Shown in pieces: positions 35,955 to 47,109 of a stretch of DNA of 64,000 nt (positions are counted from its first letter, which is position 1; each line of letters begins with the position of its first letter). The stretch spans positions 25,244 to 89,243 of the forward strand of contig JAUNAM010000001.1 in assembly GCA_030527615.1 (NCBI GenBank), read 5' to 3'. This DNA comes from Clostridia bacterium (GTDB lineage: Bacteria; Bacillota; Clostridia; Oscillospirales; Acutalibacteraceae). Both the position numbers and the translations under genes were made by a program. Under the pieces are notes generated by a model. It did no database searches. It worked only from the letters and a program-made list of their open reading frames with translations, and was not told the DNA's origin.

Positions 35955-38744
35955 ATGACAAAACTATTTAAAAACGGCAAGCAGATACTTGGTTTTGTAC
36001 TGGTATTTGCTGTATTGGCAGTATCATTGTTTACGGGTGCTGTTGTGACGGCATCTGCAGCTAACAGCGTTCTTTATTGGGACGGCACATATACGGTGCC
36101 TACCGACACTAACGCCGACGGCATCTATGACATTGATTCAGCGTCAGACATAGCATATCTTGCAAGCAAAACAGAATCAGAAACCTATGATTCTAAGGGC
36201 AAGACCTATAAGGTTGTAGATGGTGTTAAGGCTATCGTAATGCAACCCGAGTCACTTGCCGCAATTAAAGATAAGACAAGTGCAGCAGAGGTTAAGGCAT
36301 TCTTTGATGAAAATGCTGCTTCTGCAAAGGTTTGGCAGGTAGTAGGTTACAACGGTAAATATCCATTCCAAGGTACATTTGACGGTAACGGTGCCACTGT
36401 TTACGGTATGTATAATGACTGGGATCAATACACCGCTAGCGCCGATTGGCGTAAAGACCTTTACGGCGGTCTGTTTGGCCTTGTAGATAACAGTGCTGTA
36501 ATTAAAAACGTTGCAGTTAAAAACTCTCATTTTACAACCAATACCGGCTTTATAGGCCCCATCTTTGCAAACAGTGCAAGTGACGGCTGGAACGCTATAA
36601 CAGCAAACAAGGGCACTGGCAACGTTACAGTAGAAAACTGTGTTTCTGCTAACAACTATATTCGTATTACCTCAGGTGGTCACAAGGCAAATGCAGGTAC
36701 ACTGTTCGGTTCATCTAACCAAGACTATGCTAAGGTTAACAACTGCTTAGTATATGGTAACGATGCTAAAAACACTGCCTTTACCAAACCCGATACCACT
36801 GTTGGTTTGGATTTACCGCTATGCAACCTAAAGAATGAGATTGATAAAAATGATGTTACAAATGTAATAGCACTTGGCACAACACCCTATCATCAATATG
36901 ACTTTGGTTGGGCGCTTTTTGTGCAAGATACAGGCGGCACAGGCAGCGTATTCAAAAATGTTTATACCGACCAAGCTATCGGCGACTTTATGATGTATAG
37001 CGGTGCGACCGAGTATAATTCTTTTGAAGCGGCTAATATGGGCGGTCTTGTTAAGGTTACTGATAGTGGCGTAAAGGGCGAGGGTGCTAAAACCGCAGCA
37101 GCCGCTCTTGATTGGGATACAGTTTGGTTTGCAGGCGCAAATGGTCCTGAGCTTCGTGTTTTCCACAATATTAGCACTACAATTTATGCCGATGACGCAA
37201 AGCAACATTATTATAAGTGTCTTGATGACGGCTGTAATGTTACAAGCGAAAAAGAAAATCATACATACGAAAAAATAGGCGTAGATTATATCTGTACAGT
37301 TTGTACACACAAATGTCTACATGATGCTGCTCACGGTATGGTAGCAACAGAGTCTGACGGCGACTGTGTAACATCTGCCGGTTCATACGTAGACTGTCCT
37401 TGCGGATATGCACCATACGTTCCGGCAACAGGTGCAACACCACCCGTAGGTCACAGTTTGGTACATCACGATGCCGATTGCGGCCACTGTCAAAAAAATG
37501 CAAAAAAAGAGCATTGGATTTGTGAGACTTGCGGTAAGATATTCCTTACCGACGATATATGGGCAAAAATGGATACAGCCGTAGACGAGAGCGATCTTGT
37601 TCTTGATCTTGGCTCACACAAGCCGGGTATTGACACCGAAGGCAAAATTGTTATATATGATGACGAAACAGGCCATTGGTATATATGCTCTGTTTGCGAT
37701 GGCAAGCTTGATACCGATAGTAATGTAATTCCAGATGATTCGGCAGAAGCTCACGATTACGACCAAGGCGTATGTGAAGTGTGCGGTTATGAGTGCAAAC
37801 ACGATTTTGAGCCGACCGGTAAGATTGCCGTTGTCGGTGATTGCAATACCGACGAGTTATCTGAGGAAAAATGTAAAATTTGCGGCTTGGTAGGTACTAC
37901 TGTGACCAGAAAAGCCGGACACGAAATGAAATTAATTGCGCAGGTTGATCCAACCGAAAAAATGGAAGGTACAAAGGCGCATTATGAATGTGAACTCTGT
38001 AAAAAGGTTTATACCGATAAATCGGCTAAAACACCGGCTAAAACAGCTGAGTTGGTAATACCCAAGCTTGTACCTGAAAATATTGATTCATTGATGGCTA
38101 CAGTTAAAGCAAATAATTCGGGCAAGCCGGCGGATACAGATTCAAGCAGTCAATCAAGCAATCAGCAAAGCAGCACAACCTATAATTCAACAAGCACTCC
38201 TACCGTTTCAGAAGATGGACTTGTGACCATTGCAAGAACCAGCAATGTCACTCTTGAATCAGAGGGCAAGGTATTTCCTGACGATGCTGAAGTTAAGGTA
38301 GAAAGAATTAACGATATTAAAACCTTAGAGGAAATAAAGGGTTCGGTTAAGAGCGTTGCCAAAAAGTTTGCGGCATACGAAATAACCGCACAAAGCCAAA
38401 ACGCTCCGGTACAGCCTACCGGTAAAGTTATGGCAACCTTCAATATTCCGGACGGTTATAATCTTGACAGAGTAGCGGTTCTTTATGTTGATGATAACGG
38501 CAAGGCTGAAAAATTAAATTCTACGGTTGATAAGGCAACCAAGACCGTTTTAGTAGAGCTTAATCATTTCAGCAAATACGTTATAGTAGAAACAAAGGCT
38601 AAAAGTGCCAATGCAAGCAATGCAGAGGAAAGCACCATTAACTGGACAATAGTTTGGATAATAGTTGCTGTAGTAGCAGTGCTTGTTATTGCGGGCGGTA
38701 TAGTGCTTCTATTCTTATTGCTTGCAAAAAAGAAAAGAGCATAA
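35955..38744 (+). CDS. Large membrane-anchored surface protein: signal peptide, GLUG/beta-helix-like N-terminal region, Cys/His-rich CxxC module array, Ser-rich linker, C-terminal TM anchor
   Basis: The N-terminal region contains FQGTFDGNGATVYGM...GGLFG (a GLUG-type motif). At about aa 415-680 there are 6-7 modules of the H-x-Y/W...CxxC type. SSSQSSNQQSST linker. C-terminal WTIVWIIVAVVAVLVIAGGIVLLFLLLAKKKRA. Confidence 0.75.
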   Translation: MTKLFKNGKQILGFVLVFAVLAVSLFTGAVVTASAANSVLYWDGTYTVPTDTNADGIYDIDSASDIAYLASKTESETYDSKGKTYKVVDGVKAIVMQPESLAAIKDKTSAAEVKAFFDENAASAKVWQVVGYNGKYPFQGTFDGNGATVYGMYNDWDQYTASADWRKDLYGGLFGLVDNSAVIKNVAVKNSHFTTNTGFIGPIFANSASDGWNAITANKGTGNVTVENCVSANNYIRITSGGHKANAGTLFGSSNQDYAKVNNCLVYGNDAKNTAFTKPDTTVGLDLPLCNLKNEIDKNDVTNVIALGTTPYHQYDFGWALFVQDTGGTGSVFKNVYTDQAIGDFMMYSGATEYNSFEAANMGGLVKVTDSGVKGEGAKTAAAALDWDTVWFAGANGPELRVFHNISTTIYADDAKQHYYKCLDDGCNVTSEKENHTYEKIGVDYICTVCTHKCLHDAAHGMVATESDGDCVTSAGSYVDCPCGYAPYVPATGATPPVGHSLVHHDADCGHCQKNAKKEHWICETCGKIFLTDDIWAKMDTAVDESDLVLDLGSHKPGIDTEGKIVIYDDETGHWYICSVCDGKLDTDSNVIPDDSAEAHDYDQGVCEVCGYECKHDFEPTGKIAVVGDCNTDELSEEKCKICGLVGTTVTRKAGHEMKLIAQVDPTEKMEGTKAHYECELCKKVYTDKSAKTPAKTAELVIPKLVPENIDSLMATVKANNSGKPADTDSSSQSSNQQSSTTYNSTSTPTVSEDGLVTIARTSNVTLESEGKVFPDDAEVKVERINDIKTLEEIKGSVKSVAKKFAAYEITAQSQNAPVQPTGKVMATFNIPDGYNLDRVAVLYVDDNGKAEKLNSTVDKATKTVLVELNHFSKYVIVETKAKSANASNAEESTINWTIVWIIVAVVAVLVIAGGIVLLFLLLAKKKRA

Positions 38745-38772
38745 AAACTAAACAATAAAAATATTTGAAATG

Positions 38773-38805
38773 AAAATCACCCAAGCAACGCTTGGGTGAT
38801 TTTTT
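38773..38805. terminator. Bidirectional terminator between the surface protein gene and chrA
   Basis: atcacccaag-caacg-cttgggtgat flanked by an A4 run and a T5 run. Confidence 0.8.
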
Positions 38806-38818
38806 ATGAATTGTTATT

Positions 38819-39418
38819 TTATTTTAATTTAAAAATTATACCGATTAGTGCAGAAAAAGCGATAAATACAATGGGATGCAATGCTTTGGTTTTTTTAATC
38901 AAATTGCTGAACAACCAAATTACAACCGCTAAAATTAAGCCCTTCCAATTCAAACAAAAGGTGTTAAATGCCAGTCCGCTGACATTTATAAGCGTTGATG
39001 CGATAACACTTATACCTGCCGCCGCAATAAGACCTGTAGAGGCGGGGCGTAAACCGTAAAAGGCATTGTTTACATATTTGTTATCCTTAAAGTTTTTAAG
39101 TATGGCAGATATAATTAAAATAATTATAATAGAGGGTGTAATAAGACCAAGTGTGGCAACAATTGCGCCGAGAACAGAACCCAAAACACCGTAATCGCTA
39201 CCGGTTATAAAACCGACATAGGTTGCCATATTAACACCTATGGGTCCCGGAGTTGATTCACCGACGGCAATCATATTAGATAGGTCGGTCTGTGTAAACC
39301 AATCGGGGTATTTGTTTGCCATATCGCTTAAAAAGGGTATGGTTGCCATACCGCCGCCCACAGCAAAAAGTCCCGTTTTAAAAAATTCATAAAACAATTT
39401 AAGATAGAGAGATAGCAT
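38819..39418 (-). CDS. chrA: Chromate transporter (CHR) family protein, second half-size subunit
   Basis: MLSLYLKLFYEFFKTGLFAVGGGMATIPFL. ATG 39418 overlaps the upstream stop (TAATG). I rejected the longer ORF extension. Confidence 0.8.
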   Translation of the reverse strand: MLSLYLKLFYEFFKTGLFAVGGGMATIPFLSDMANKYPDWFTQTDLSNMIAVGESTPGPIGVNMATYVGFITGSDYGVLGSVLGAIVATLGLITPSIIIILIISAILKNFKDNKYVNNAFYGLRPASTGLIAAAGISVIASTLINVSGLAFNTFCLNWKGLILAVVIWLFSNLIKKTKALHPIVFIAFSALIGIIFKLK

Positions 39419-39963
39419 TATTTTTTGCCTCCCTCTATTGCTTTTATTGCTATACCCAAAGCGGCTGCAATTAAAACAAATATAATGGGGCTGATATTTG
39501 CAAACACGGTACTGCATACGGTTACTGCAATAAATATTATAAGCGTTGCAGGGTCAACAACAGCTTTTTTAAGCAGCTTTACAACGGCGTTTAAAATAAG
39601 CACACAAACACAAACCCTAATACCGCCAAATGCGTACTGCACAAGCTCTATTTCTTTAAAAGCCTCAATAACGCCGGCAAGCAAAGAGATTATTATAAGT
39701 GAAGGAAATACAACACCAAGGGTTGCTAAAATTCCGCCTAAGATGCCCTTGCACTTTTGACCTATAAAGGTTGCGGTGTTTACCGCAATAACGCCGGGTG
39801 TGCATTGTCCTATTGCGAAATAGTCCATTAGCTCCTCTTCGGTTGCCCAGTGCTTTTTTTCCACAACCTCACGCTGCAGTATAGGCAGCATGGCGTATCC
39901 GCCGCCAAAGGTCATAACCCCAACCTTGGCAAAGGTAAAAAACAAAGATATTAGTTCTTTCAT
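39418..39963 (-). CDS. chrA: Chromate transporter (CHR) family protein, first half-size subunit
   Basis: FTFAKVGVMTFGGGYAMLPILQREVVEKKHW is the CHR signature. 181 aa. Confidence 0.8.
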   Translation of the reverse strand: MKELISLFFTFAKVGVMTFGGGYAMLPILQREVVEKKHWATEEELMDYFAIGQCTPGVIAVNTATFIGQKCKGILGGILATLGVVFPSLIIISLLAGVIEAFKEIELVQYAFGGIRVCVCVLILNAVVKLLKKAVVDPATLIIFIAVTVCSTVFANISPIIFVLIAAALGIAIKAIEGGKK

Positions 39964-42693
39964 TTAATCCTCGTCCTTGCCACAGCAACGCTTGTATTTT
40001 TTGCCGCTGCCACAGGGGCAGGGTGCGTTTTTGCTTACAACACCCTTGCCGCGCACGGTAAGGGGCTTGTTATCACCGGTGCCGGTTTCTTCGGCTACCT
40101 TTTCGCGTTTAACCTCTTCGTTTTTGCGAACACGTACAGAAAGGGCAAGCTTGGCGGTCTGCTCACGGATAGCATCGGTCATAGCCGAGAACATATCATA
40201 GCTTTCGTTGCGATATTCAACAACGGGGTTGTGTTGACCGTAACCACGCAGACCAATACCTTGACGTAGCTGGTCCATAGCATCAATATGGTCCATCCAA
40301 TTGCTGTCTACCGAACGAAGCAGTACAACACGCTCAATTTCGCGCATAACGCTGTCACCAAATTCTGCCTCACGTTCTTCATATTTATTATGTGCAGAGT
40401 CTTTAAGCAGTTCGGCAATTTGCTCGGGTTCATAAGAGTTTAACTTTTCGGTAGTAAAAGTAGTGTCATCTTTATCGATAATCCAACCGCCAAAATATTC
40501 GCGAAGTCCTGAAATATCCCATTCTGCTCGGTCTTCGGCGCCTACATAAATTTCGGCATAAACATCTATGGTATCGTCAATCATCTTGATTACGGTATCT
40601 TTTATACTTTCACCGTCAAGCACACGGTTACGTTGGTTGTAAATAAGCTCACGTTGCTTGTTCATAACATCGTCGTATTCAAGTACGTTTTTACGAGAAG
40701 CAAAGTTTATACCCTCTTTACGCTTTTGGGCGCTTTCAATCGTTTTAGAAAGCATACCGCTCTCAAGCGGCATATTTTCGTCAAGATTCATAGTGTCCAT
40801 AAGACCGGCAATACGTTCACCGCCATAAAGACGCATAAGGTCATCTTCAAGCGATATATAAAACTTGGTGTCACCGGGGTCGCCCTGACGGCCTGCACGG
40901 CCACGAAGCTGATTATCGATACGGCGAGAATCGTGGCGTTCGGTGCCTATGATGCATAGACCGCCGTTTTGGCGTGCCTCCTCAGCAAAGGGAGCGATTT
41001 CAGCCTTGTATTTATCGTAATATTCTTTATATTTTTCACGGGCAGCAATAATATCGGGGTTTTGGGTTTCACCAAAACCGGTAGCCTCAAGTATCATTTC
41101 TTCACTAAGTCCGTCGTGGCGAAGTGCCGCTTTTGCCAAATATTCGGCATTGCCACCAAGCATAATATCGGTACCGCGACCTGCCATATTGGTGGCTATG
41201 GTAACGGCGCCTGGTACACCTGCTTGGGCGATAATTTCAGCCTCTTTTTCGTGGTGCTTGGCATTTAATACATTGTGCTTTACACCACGTTTTTTAAGCA
41301 TTGATGATAAAAGCTCTGACTTTTCGATGGTTACGGTGCCCACAAGCACGGGTTGATTTTTGGCGTGACAGGCAAGTATATGCTCAATAACAGCGTTGTA
41401 TTTTGCCCTTTCGGTTTTATAAATGGCGTCATTTTGGTCTTCACGTGCTATAGGCTTGTTGGTGGGTATTTCAACAACATCAAGCTTATAAATTTCGTTA
41501 AATTCGGCCTCTTCTGTAAGGGCAGTACCGGTCATACCCGAAAGCTTGTTATAAAGTCGGAAGAAATTTTGGAAGGTAATGGTAGCAAGTGTTTTAGACT
41601 CGTGCGCAACCTTAACGCCCTCTTTTGCTTCAATTGCTTGATGCAGACCCTCGTTATAGCGTCTGCCGTACATAAGGCGTCCTGTAAATTCGTCAACGAT
41701 TATAACCTCGCCGTCTTTTACAACATAGTCAACATCACGCTTCATTATACCGTGTGCGCGAATGGCTTGATTTATGTGGTGGGCAACCTCTATATTTTCG
41801 CTGTCATTAAGGTTTTCAATGGCAAAATATTGCTCTGCCTTTTTTACACCGTCGGGGGTAAGTATTGCGGTGTTTGCCTTTTCGTCAACGACATAATCAC
41901 CGTTATAGTCGGCAACCTCATCGCTCGCCTTGTCATCCATTTCCTTAACCTTGACCATTTTAAGGGTGCGTGCAAAGGAGTTGGCTTTGGTGTAAAGGTC
42001 GGTTGATTTGCTACCTTGACCCGAAATAATAAGCGGAGTACGTGCTTCATCAATAAGGATAGAGTCAACCTCGTCAACAATGGCAAAATTATGCTCACGT
42101 TGCACCTTTTGCTCTTTATAGGTCACCATATTATCGCGCAGGTAATCAAAGCCCAGCTCATTGTTGGTGCAATAGGTTATATCGGCATCATAAGAAGCCT
42201 TTTTGTCGTCGTGGGTCATACCGTGAATGATAAGACCTACCGAAAGACCTAAAAATCGGTACAGCTTGCCCATCCACTCGCTATCACGCTTTGCAAGATA
42301 GTCGTTGACGGTAACTATATGAACACCCTTGCCGGTAAGCGCATTAAGGTATGCCGGCAATGTGGCAACCAAGGTTTTGCCTTCGCCGGTCTTCATTTCG
42401 CTGATACGGCCTTGGTGCAGTATTATACCACCCAAAATTTGCACGGGGAAGTGGCGCATACCGAGAACTCGGTCGCCGGCTTCTCGGCAAACGGCAAATG
42501 CTTCGGGCAGAATGTCGTCAAGTGTTTCGGTAAGCCCAAGTCGCTCTTTAAATTCATCTGTTTTGTTGCGCAGTTCTTGGTCGGTTAGCTTGCGGTATTC
42601 GTCCTCATAAGATAATACTTTATCCAGGATTGGACGAATGCGCTTTATTTCTTTTTCGCTATAGTTGCCAAAAATGGCTGTAAGTAGTCCCAT
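39964..42693 (-). CDS. secA: Preprotein translocase ATPase SecA
   Basis: 909 aa. MKTGEGKTL Walker [20 protein letters not shown], and the C-terminal zinc motif [14 protein letters not shown]. Confidence 0.98.
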   Translation of the reverse strand: MGLLTAIFGNYSEKEIKRIRPILDKVLSYEDEYRKLTDQELRNKTDEFKERLGLTETLDDILPEAFAVCREAGDRVLGMRHFPVQILGGIILHQGRISEMKTGEGKTLVATLPAYLNALTGKGVHIVTVNDYLAKRDSEWMGKLYRFLGLSVGLIIHGMTHDDKKASYDADITYCTNNELGFDYLRDNMVTYKEQKVQREHNFAIVDEVDSILIDEARTPLIISGQGSKSTDLYTKANSFARTLKMVKVKEMDDKASDEVADYNGDYVVDEKANTAILTPDGVKKAEQYFAIENLNDSENIEVAHHINQAIRAHGIMKRDVDYVVKDGEVIIVDEFTGRLMYGRRYNEGLHQAIEAKEGVKVAHESKTLATITFQNFFRLYNKLSGMTGTALTEEAEFNEIYKLDVVEIPTNKPIAREDQNDAIYKTERAKYNAVIEHILACHAKNQPVLVGTVTIEKSELLSSMLKKRGVKHNVLNAKHHEKEAEIIAQAGVPGAVTIATNMAGRGTDIMLGGNAEYLAKAALRHDGLSEEMILEATGFGETQNPDIIAAREKYKEYYDKYKAEIAPFAEEARQNGGLCIIGTERHDSRRIDNQLRGRAGRQGDPGDTKFYISLEDDLMRLYGGERIAGLMDTMNLDENMPLESGMLSKTIESAQKRKEGINFASRKNVLEYDDVMNKQRELIYNQRNRVLDGESIKDTVIKMIDDTIDVYAEIYVGAEDRAEWDISGLREYFGGWIIDKDDTTFTTEKLNSYEPEQIAELLKDSAHNKYEEREAEFGDSVMREIERVVLLRSVDSNWMDHIDAMDQLRQGIGLRGYGQHNPVVEYRNESYDMFSAMTDAIREQTAKLALSVRVRKNEEVKREKVAEETGTGDNKPLTVRGKGVVSKNAPCPCGSGKKYKRCCGKDED

Positions 42694-42767
42694 AATTTAC
42701 CTCTTGTATAAAAAAGTGTATTTAACTTATTATATAATATAATTGTCAATAAATAAAGTATAAAAAA

Positions 42768-43724
42768 TTATTTTAACACAAAAATACCGTCTTGTTTTGT
42801 CAAACCGTCGGTGTAATGGAGATTGTTTTCATCATCAACAAAAATTGCCTCGGTGTTTTTTGTGTTTTCGATAAGTGTTTTGGCGCCGTCAAGACCTAAA
42901 AGCATACATATCGTAGATAGTGCATCACAGTCTATAGAACTGTCGCCTATTATGGTTGCCGAATATAAATCGGTGTCACAGGCATAACCGGTTTTTGGGT
43001 CTAAGATGTGGTGATAAAGCTTGCCGTCTTGTTTTATATATCGCTCATACACACCCGATGTCACAACCGATTTGTTTTTAAGACCTACCGTGGCAATAAT
43101 TTCACCCTCGCTAAAGGGCTTTTTAACACCTAAGGTATAGTCTTGATTGCCCCAAACTATAAGATTGCCGCCTAAATCAATAATACCGCTATTTACATTG
43201 TTTTGCTTAAAATGCTCTAAAACACGGTCGGCAATATAGCCTTTGGCAATTCCGCCAAGGTCGATCTGTCTGCCTGCAGCGTTAACGGTATTGCCGTCAA
43301 GGGCAATGCTCTGATAATCGACATTTTTAAGCGCTTCGGCGATTTCGTTGCGAGATGGTACAATATCGCTTGAAAAGTCCCAAAGCGAGCTTACGGGATA
43401 TATGGTTATATCAAATTTGCCGTTTGATAAATCACCGTAATAAATGGCTTTTTTTAATATTTTTGCTGTATCATCTGACACCCTGCACTCGCCTGATGCA
43501 TGGTTGATTTTATAAACATCGCTGTCCTTTATATTGCGGCTAAGCAAATATTCGTAATTTCGGCATAGCGAAAAGGCTGACTCCAACGTTTTATCGTCGC
43601 AGTCGGCGGTAAGGGTTACCACAGTATCAAACAAAAACTGTGTATCGCTATTTTCATACGTTTCGGTGCAACCACACGACAAACATATGACAAGTGCTGA
43701 AAGTGTTACAAAAATCTTTTTCAT
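42768..43724 (-). CDS. apbE: FAD:protein FMN transferase (ApbE family) lipoprotein
   Basis: Lipobox LSCGC. FLFDTVVTLT, DLGGIAKGYIADR and HHILDPKTG. Confidence 0.85.
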   Translation of the reverse strand: MKKIFVTLSALVICLSCGCTETYENSDTQFLFDTVVTLTADCDDKTLESAFSLCRNYEYLLSRNIKDSDVYKINHASGECRVSDDTAKILKKAIYYGDLSNGKFDITIYPVSSLWDFSSDIVPSRNEIAEALKNVDYQSIALDGNTVNAAGRQIDLGGIAKGYIADRVLEHFKQNNVNSGIIDLGGNLIVWGNQDYTLGVKKPFSEGEIIATVGLKNKSVVTSGVYERYIKQDGKLYHHILDPKTGYACDTDLYSATIIGDSSIDCDALSTICMLLGLDGAKTLIENTKNTEAIFVDDENNLHYTDGLTKQDGIFVLK

Positions 43725-43803
43725 AAAGAATATTATACAACTTCTTCACTTTTTTGTAAAGATATGTTAAAATAGATATAATTATAAATTTGGTGGTGAT
43801 GTT

Positions 43804-44118
43804 TTGAAAAAAGGTGATATTGTTATAATCGTGTCAGTTGCACTTGCTTTTGTGGCTTCAATAGTGTTGCTTGTTTCTTTTTCAAAACAGGGCAATCGTG
43901 TTGTAATAAAGCAAGATAATAAAATTATCTATGACGACGGTATTGTTATTAATAACACCGTTAAAACCGAACACAACACCATAACAATTAAAAACGGTAA
44001 GGTTTATATGAGCCATTCGGATTGCAAAAACCAAATTTGTGTGGGTAGCGGCAAAATAGAAAAAAAGGGTGAAAGCATAGTATGTTTGCCAAACAAGGTA
44101 ACGGTAGAAATAAAATAA
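43804..44118 (+). CDS. NusG domain II-containing membrane-anchored protein
   Basis: TTG start, N-terminal TM helix, CKNQICV...IVCLPNKVTVEI motif. Confidence 0.65.
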   Translation: MKKGDIVIIVSVALAFVASIVLLVSFSKQGNRVVIKQDNKIIYDDGIVINNTVKTEHNTITIKNGKVYMSHSDCKNQICVGSGKIEKKGESIVCLPNKVTVEIK

Positions 44119-44603
44119 GTATTAAGCAATTAACCCAATATGCATTGTTTGTGGCGGTATGTTTAATAGCCGGTTATTTAGAAAATCTGTTTATAGTGCC
44201 GGTTATTCCGGGTGTTAAGATAGGCGTTTCAAACGCTATAGCCCTTATGCTTATATACCGTGGGGATAAAAAGGGCGCGTGGGCGGTAAATATTACACGT
44301 ATTTGTTTATCGTCCTTGCTTTTTGGTTCGCCTATGTCATTTTTGTTTTCGCTTAGCGGCGGTGTTGCTTCTACGGCAGCAGCCTGTCTTATCAGCAAAA
44401 CAAAAAATGTAAGCTGTGTGGGCATAAGCATTGCAAGCGGCACGGTGCATAATATATTTCAGCTTATAGCGGCAGCCTTTTTTATTGGGGTAGGCATAAT
44501 ATATTATTTGCCGATACTTATATTGCTGGGTGCTGTTTGTGGCGCAATTTGCGGATTTTTAGCAGGTTGCTTTACCAAGTTTAAAATAGATAAAATTTAC
44601 TAA
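44082..44603 (+). CDS. Gx transporter family protein (often annotated heptaprenyl diphosphate synthase component I)
   Basis: About 170 aa, 5 TM helices, GYLEN motif, the usual partner of NusG_II genes. The start is uncertain because it overlaps the upstream gene by 37 nt. Confidence 0.6.
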   Translation: MFAKQGNGRNKISIKQLTQYALFVAVCLIAGYLENLFIVPVIPGVKIGVSNAIALMLIYRGDKKGAWAVNITRICLSSLLFGSPMSFLFSLSGGVASTAAACLISKTKNVSCVGISIASGTVHNIFQLIAAAFFIGVGIIYYLPILILLGAVCGAICGFLAGCFTKFKIDKIY

Positions 44604-44617
44604 AGGAGAAATTATTT

Positions 44618-46450
44618 ATGTGTGGATTTGTAGGTTTTACAAATTATATAAAGGATGACGGCACGGTGCTGCAGGCTATGGCAAACGCTATAGCGCATAG
44701 AGGTCCCGATTCAAGCGGGGGATATGTTAACGGTGATATTGCGCTTGGATTTCGTCGTCTTAGTATAATTGACCTTGCCGGTGGCGACCAACCGATGTTT
44801 AACGAGGACAAAACATTGGTGATGGTATTTAACGGTGAAATTTATAATTACAAGGACCTGCGCGACGAGCTTTTAAGCGAGGGGCACACCTTTAATACCA
44901 ATGCTGACAGTGAGGTAATACTTCACGGTTTTGAGCAGTGGGGCGAGTCCTTGCTATCTCGACTTCGCGGAATGTTTGCCTTTGCCATTTTTAACCGATT
45001 AGACGGCACAATTTTTGGTGCACGTGATATGTTTGGTATAAAGCCATTTTATTACACCTTGACCGAAAACAGCTTTATATTCGGCTCTGAAATTAAGGCT
45101 TTTTTGCACCACCCCGAATTTAATAAGCAATTAAACGAACAGGCATTGGCGCATTATTTATCCTTTCAATATTCACCCACCGAGGAAACCTTTTTTAAAG
45201 GCGTATTTAAGCTGCCGCCGGCACATTATTTTACCTTTAAAGATGGCGTTTTGACCAAAACAAGATATTTTAGACCCGAATTTAAGGAAGAACCGGGAGT
45301 GTTAAGCTTTTATGCAGACGAGGTGGATGCCGCCGTTCGTGAATCGGTAGAGGCTCATAAGATTGCCGATGTAGAGGTCGGGGCGTTTTTGTCAAGCGGT
45401 ATAGACTCAAGCTATATTGCCGAAGCAGCCCATGTGGATAAAACCTTTACCGTGGGTTTTGCAAGTGACGACGGCGACCGTTATAATGAAATAGCTTTTG
45501 CAAAGAAATTTGCCGATACTATAGGGGTAGAAAACATTTCAAAGGTTATAACACCTGAGGAATATTGGGGCACATTTCCTAAAATACAATATCATATGGA
45601 TGAGCCGCTTGCTGACCCTGCGGCAATTGCGCTTTATTTTGTAAGTGAGCTTGCCGGCAAGTATGTTAAGGTTGTTATGTCGGGCGAGGGCGCAGACGAG
45701 CTTTTTGGCGGATATAGAATTTATCAAGAGCCACTGACCCTTACCCTTTATGATAAGCTACCCTTTGGTATCAGACGGATAATTTCAAAGCTTTGTGAGC
45801 ATCTGCCGCAAAAACACGGTATAAATTATCTTGTGCGTCGTGGAAAAACAATTGAAGAGCGTTTTATTGGTAATGCAAGCATCTTTTCTAAAAAAGAACG
45901 TGACGGCATTTTAAAAAGCGAGATTGCAAAATCGGCACCAAAACCAAAGGTGCTGTGTGATAAATTTTATGATGAGGTCGCAGGTAGCGACGATGTCACA
46001 AAAATGCAGTATCTTGATATAAATATGTGGCTTATGGGCGATATACTGCTTAAGGCAGATAAAACAAGTATGGCAAATTCACTTGAGCTACGTGTGCCGT
46101 TTTTAGACAAAAAAGTTATGGCATTGGCAGAAGTCTTGCCACTTGATTGCCGTGTAAATACCGCTACAACAAAATTGGCACTGCGTGAGGCGGCACAAAA
46201 AACGCTGCCACCCCTTACAGCACAAAAGGACAAGCTGGGTTTTCCTGTGCCGATACGTGAATGGTTGCGTCAAGACAGGTATTACAATATGGTTAAAGAA
46301 AGCTTTATGAGCGACACAGCCGAAAAATATTTTGACACAACAAAGCTTTTAGCGTTGCTTGATAAGCACAAGCTTGGCAAGGTAGATAACAGCCGAAAAA
46401 TATGGACGGTTTACACCTTTCTTGTTTGGTATAATCAATATTTTAGATAG
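44618..46450 (+). CDS. asnB: Asparagine synthase (glutamine-hydrolysing)
   Basis: MCGFVGF Ntn-Cys2 start, SGGIDSS PP-loop, 610 aa. Confidence 0.93.
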   Translation: MCGFVGFTNYIKDDGTVLQAMANAIAHRGPDSSGGYVNGDIALGFRRLSIIDLAGGDQPMFNEDKTLVMVFNGEIYNYKDLRDELLSEGHTFNTNADSEVILHGFEQWGESLLSRLRGMFAFAIFNRLDGTIFGARDMFGIKPFYYTLTENSFIFGSEIKAFLHHPEFNKQLNEQALAHYLSFQYSPTEETFFKGVFKLPPAHYFTFKDGVLTKTRYFRPEFKEEPGVLSFYADEVDAAVRESVEAHKIADVEVGAFLSSGIDSSYIAEAAHVDKTFTVGFASDDGDRYNEIAFAKKFADTIGVENISKVITPEEYWGTFPKIQYHMDEPLADPAAIALYFVSELAGKYVKVVMSGEGADELFGGYRIYQEPLTLTLYDKLPFGIRRIISKLCEHLPQKHGINYLVRRGKTIEERFIGNASIFSKKERDGILKSEIAKSAPKPKVLCDKFYDEVAGSDDVTKMQYLDINMWLMGDILLKADKTSMANSLELRVPFLDKKVMALAEVLPLDCRVNTATTKLALREAAQKTLPPLTAQKDKLGFPVPIREWLRQDRYYNMVKESFMSDTAEKYFDTTKLLALLDKHKLGKVDNSRKIWTVYTFLVWYNQYFR

Positions 46451-46458
46451 GTGATTTT

Positions 46459-47109
46459 ATGGAAATTAAGGGTTTAAAAATCAATTTTTTGGGTGATAGT
46501 ATTACCTATGGTGCGGGGGCAAGCACCCTTGATAACAATTATGTAAATCTTATTGCGCGTGAGGGTGCAATATGCCAAAATTATGGCATTGGCGGTACAC
46601 GAATCGCAATTCAAAAAGACAAAAAAGAAGATCACGATTATAATGATTTTAACTCTCGCCTTGATAAGATGGACACGCAAGCAGACGTGGTTTTTGTTTT
46701 TGGCGGCACAAACGATTACGGTCACGGTGATGCACCGATAGGTGATTTTGCCGACCGCACACCCGATACCTTTTACGGTGCGTTGCACAGCCTTTACACC
46801 GGTCTTTTAACAAAATACGTAAATTCTAAAATAGTAATTATAACACCGCTTCACCGACGTGACGAGCAGGTTGTTCGCACCGATGCTTATGGCAGAGAGT
46901 ATACCCATACATTAAAACCCTTTGTTGATGCCATACGTGAGGTGGCAGAGTATTATTCACTACCGGTTTTAGATTTGTATGCAAATTCGGGTATTAATCC
47001 GGTGGTAGATGCCGTAAATCAAAAATATTTTGCAGACGGCTTGCACCCTAACGATAACGGCTACCGTGTGATAGCAGATAAGATAATAAGCTTTATAAAA
47101 AATATGTAA
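46459..47109 (+). CDS. SGNH/GDSL-family hydrolase
   Basis: FLGDSITYG (block I Ser), GTND, and DGLHPN (block V). Confidence 0.8.
   Translation: MEIKGLKINFLGDSITYGAGASTLDNNYVNLIAREGAICQNYGIGGTRIAIQKDKKEDHDYNDFNSRLDKMDTQADVVFVFGGTNDYGHGDAPIGDFADRTPDTFYGALHSLYTGLLTKYVNSKIVIITPLHRRDEQVVRTDAYGREYTHTLKPFVDAIREVAEYYSLPVLDLYANSGINPVVDAVNQKYFADGLHPNDNGYRVIADKIISFIKNM

Noticed and set aside
41353-42006. 217-aa plus-strand ORF (and several others at 39977-42610) antisense to secA
   Set aside because: SecA on the minus strand is unambiguous over its full length. The antisense ORFs have Phe/Val/Asn/Cys-rich composition that mirrors the secA codons.
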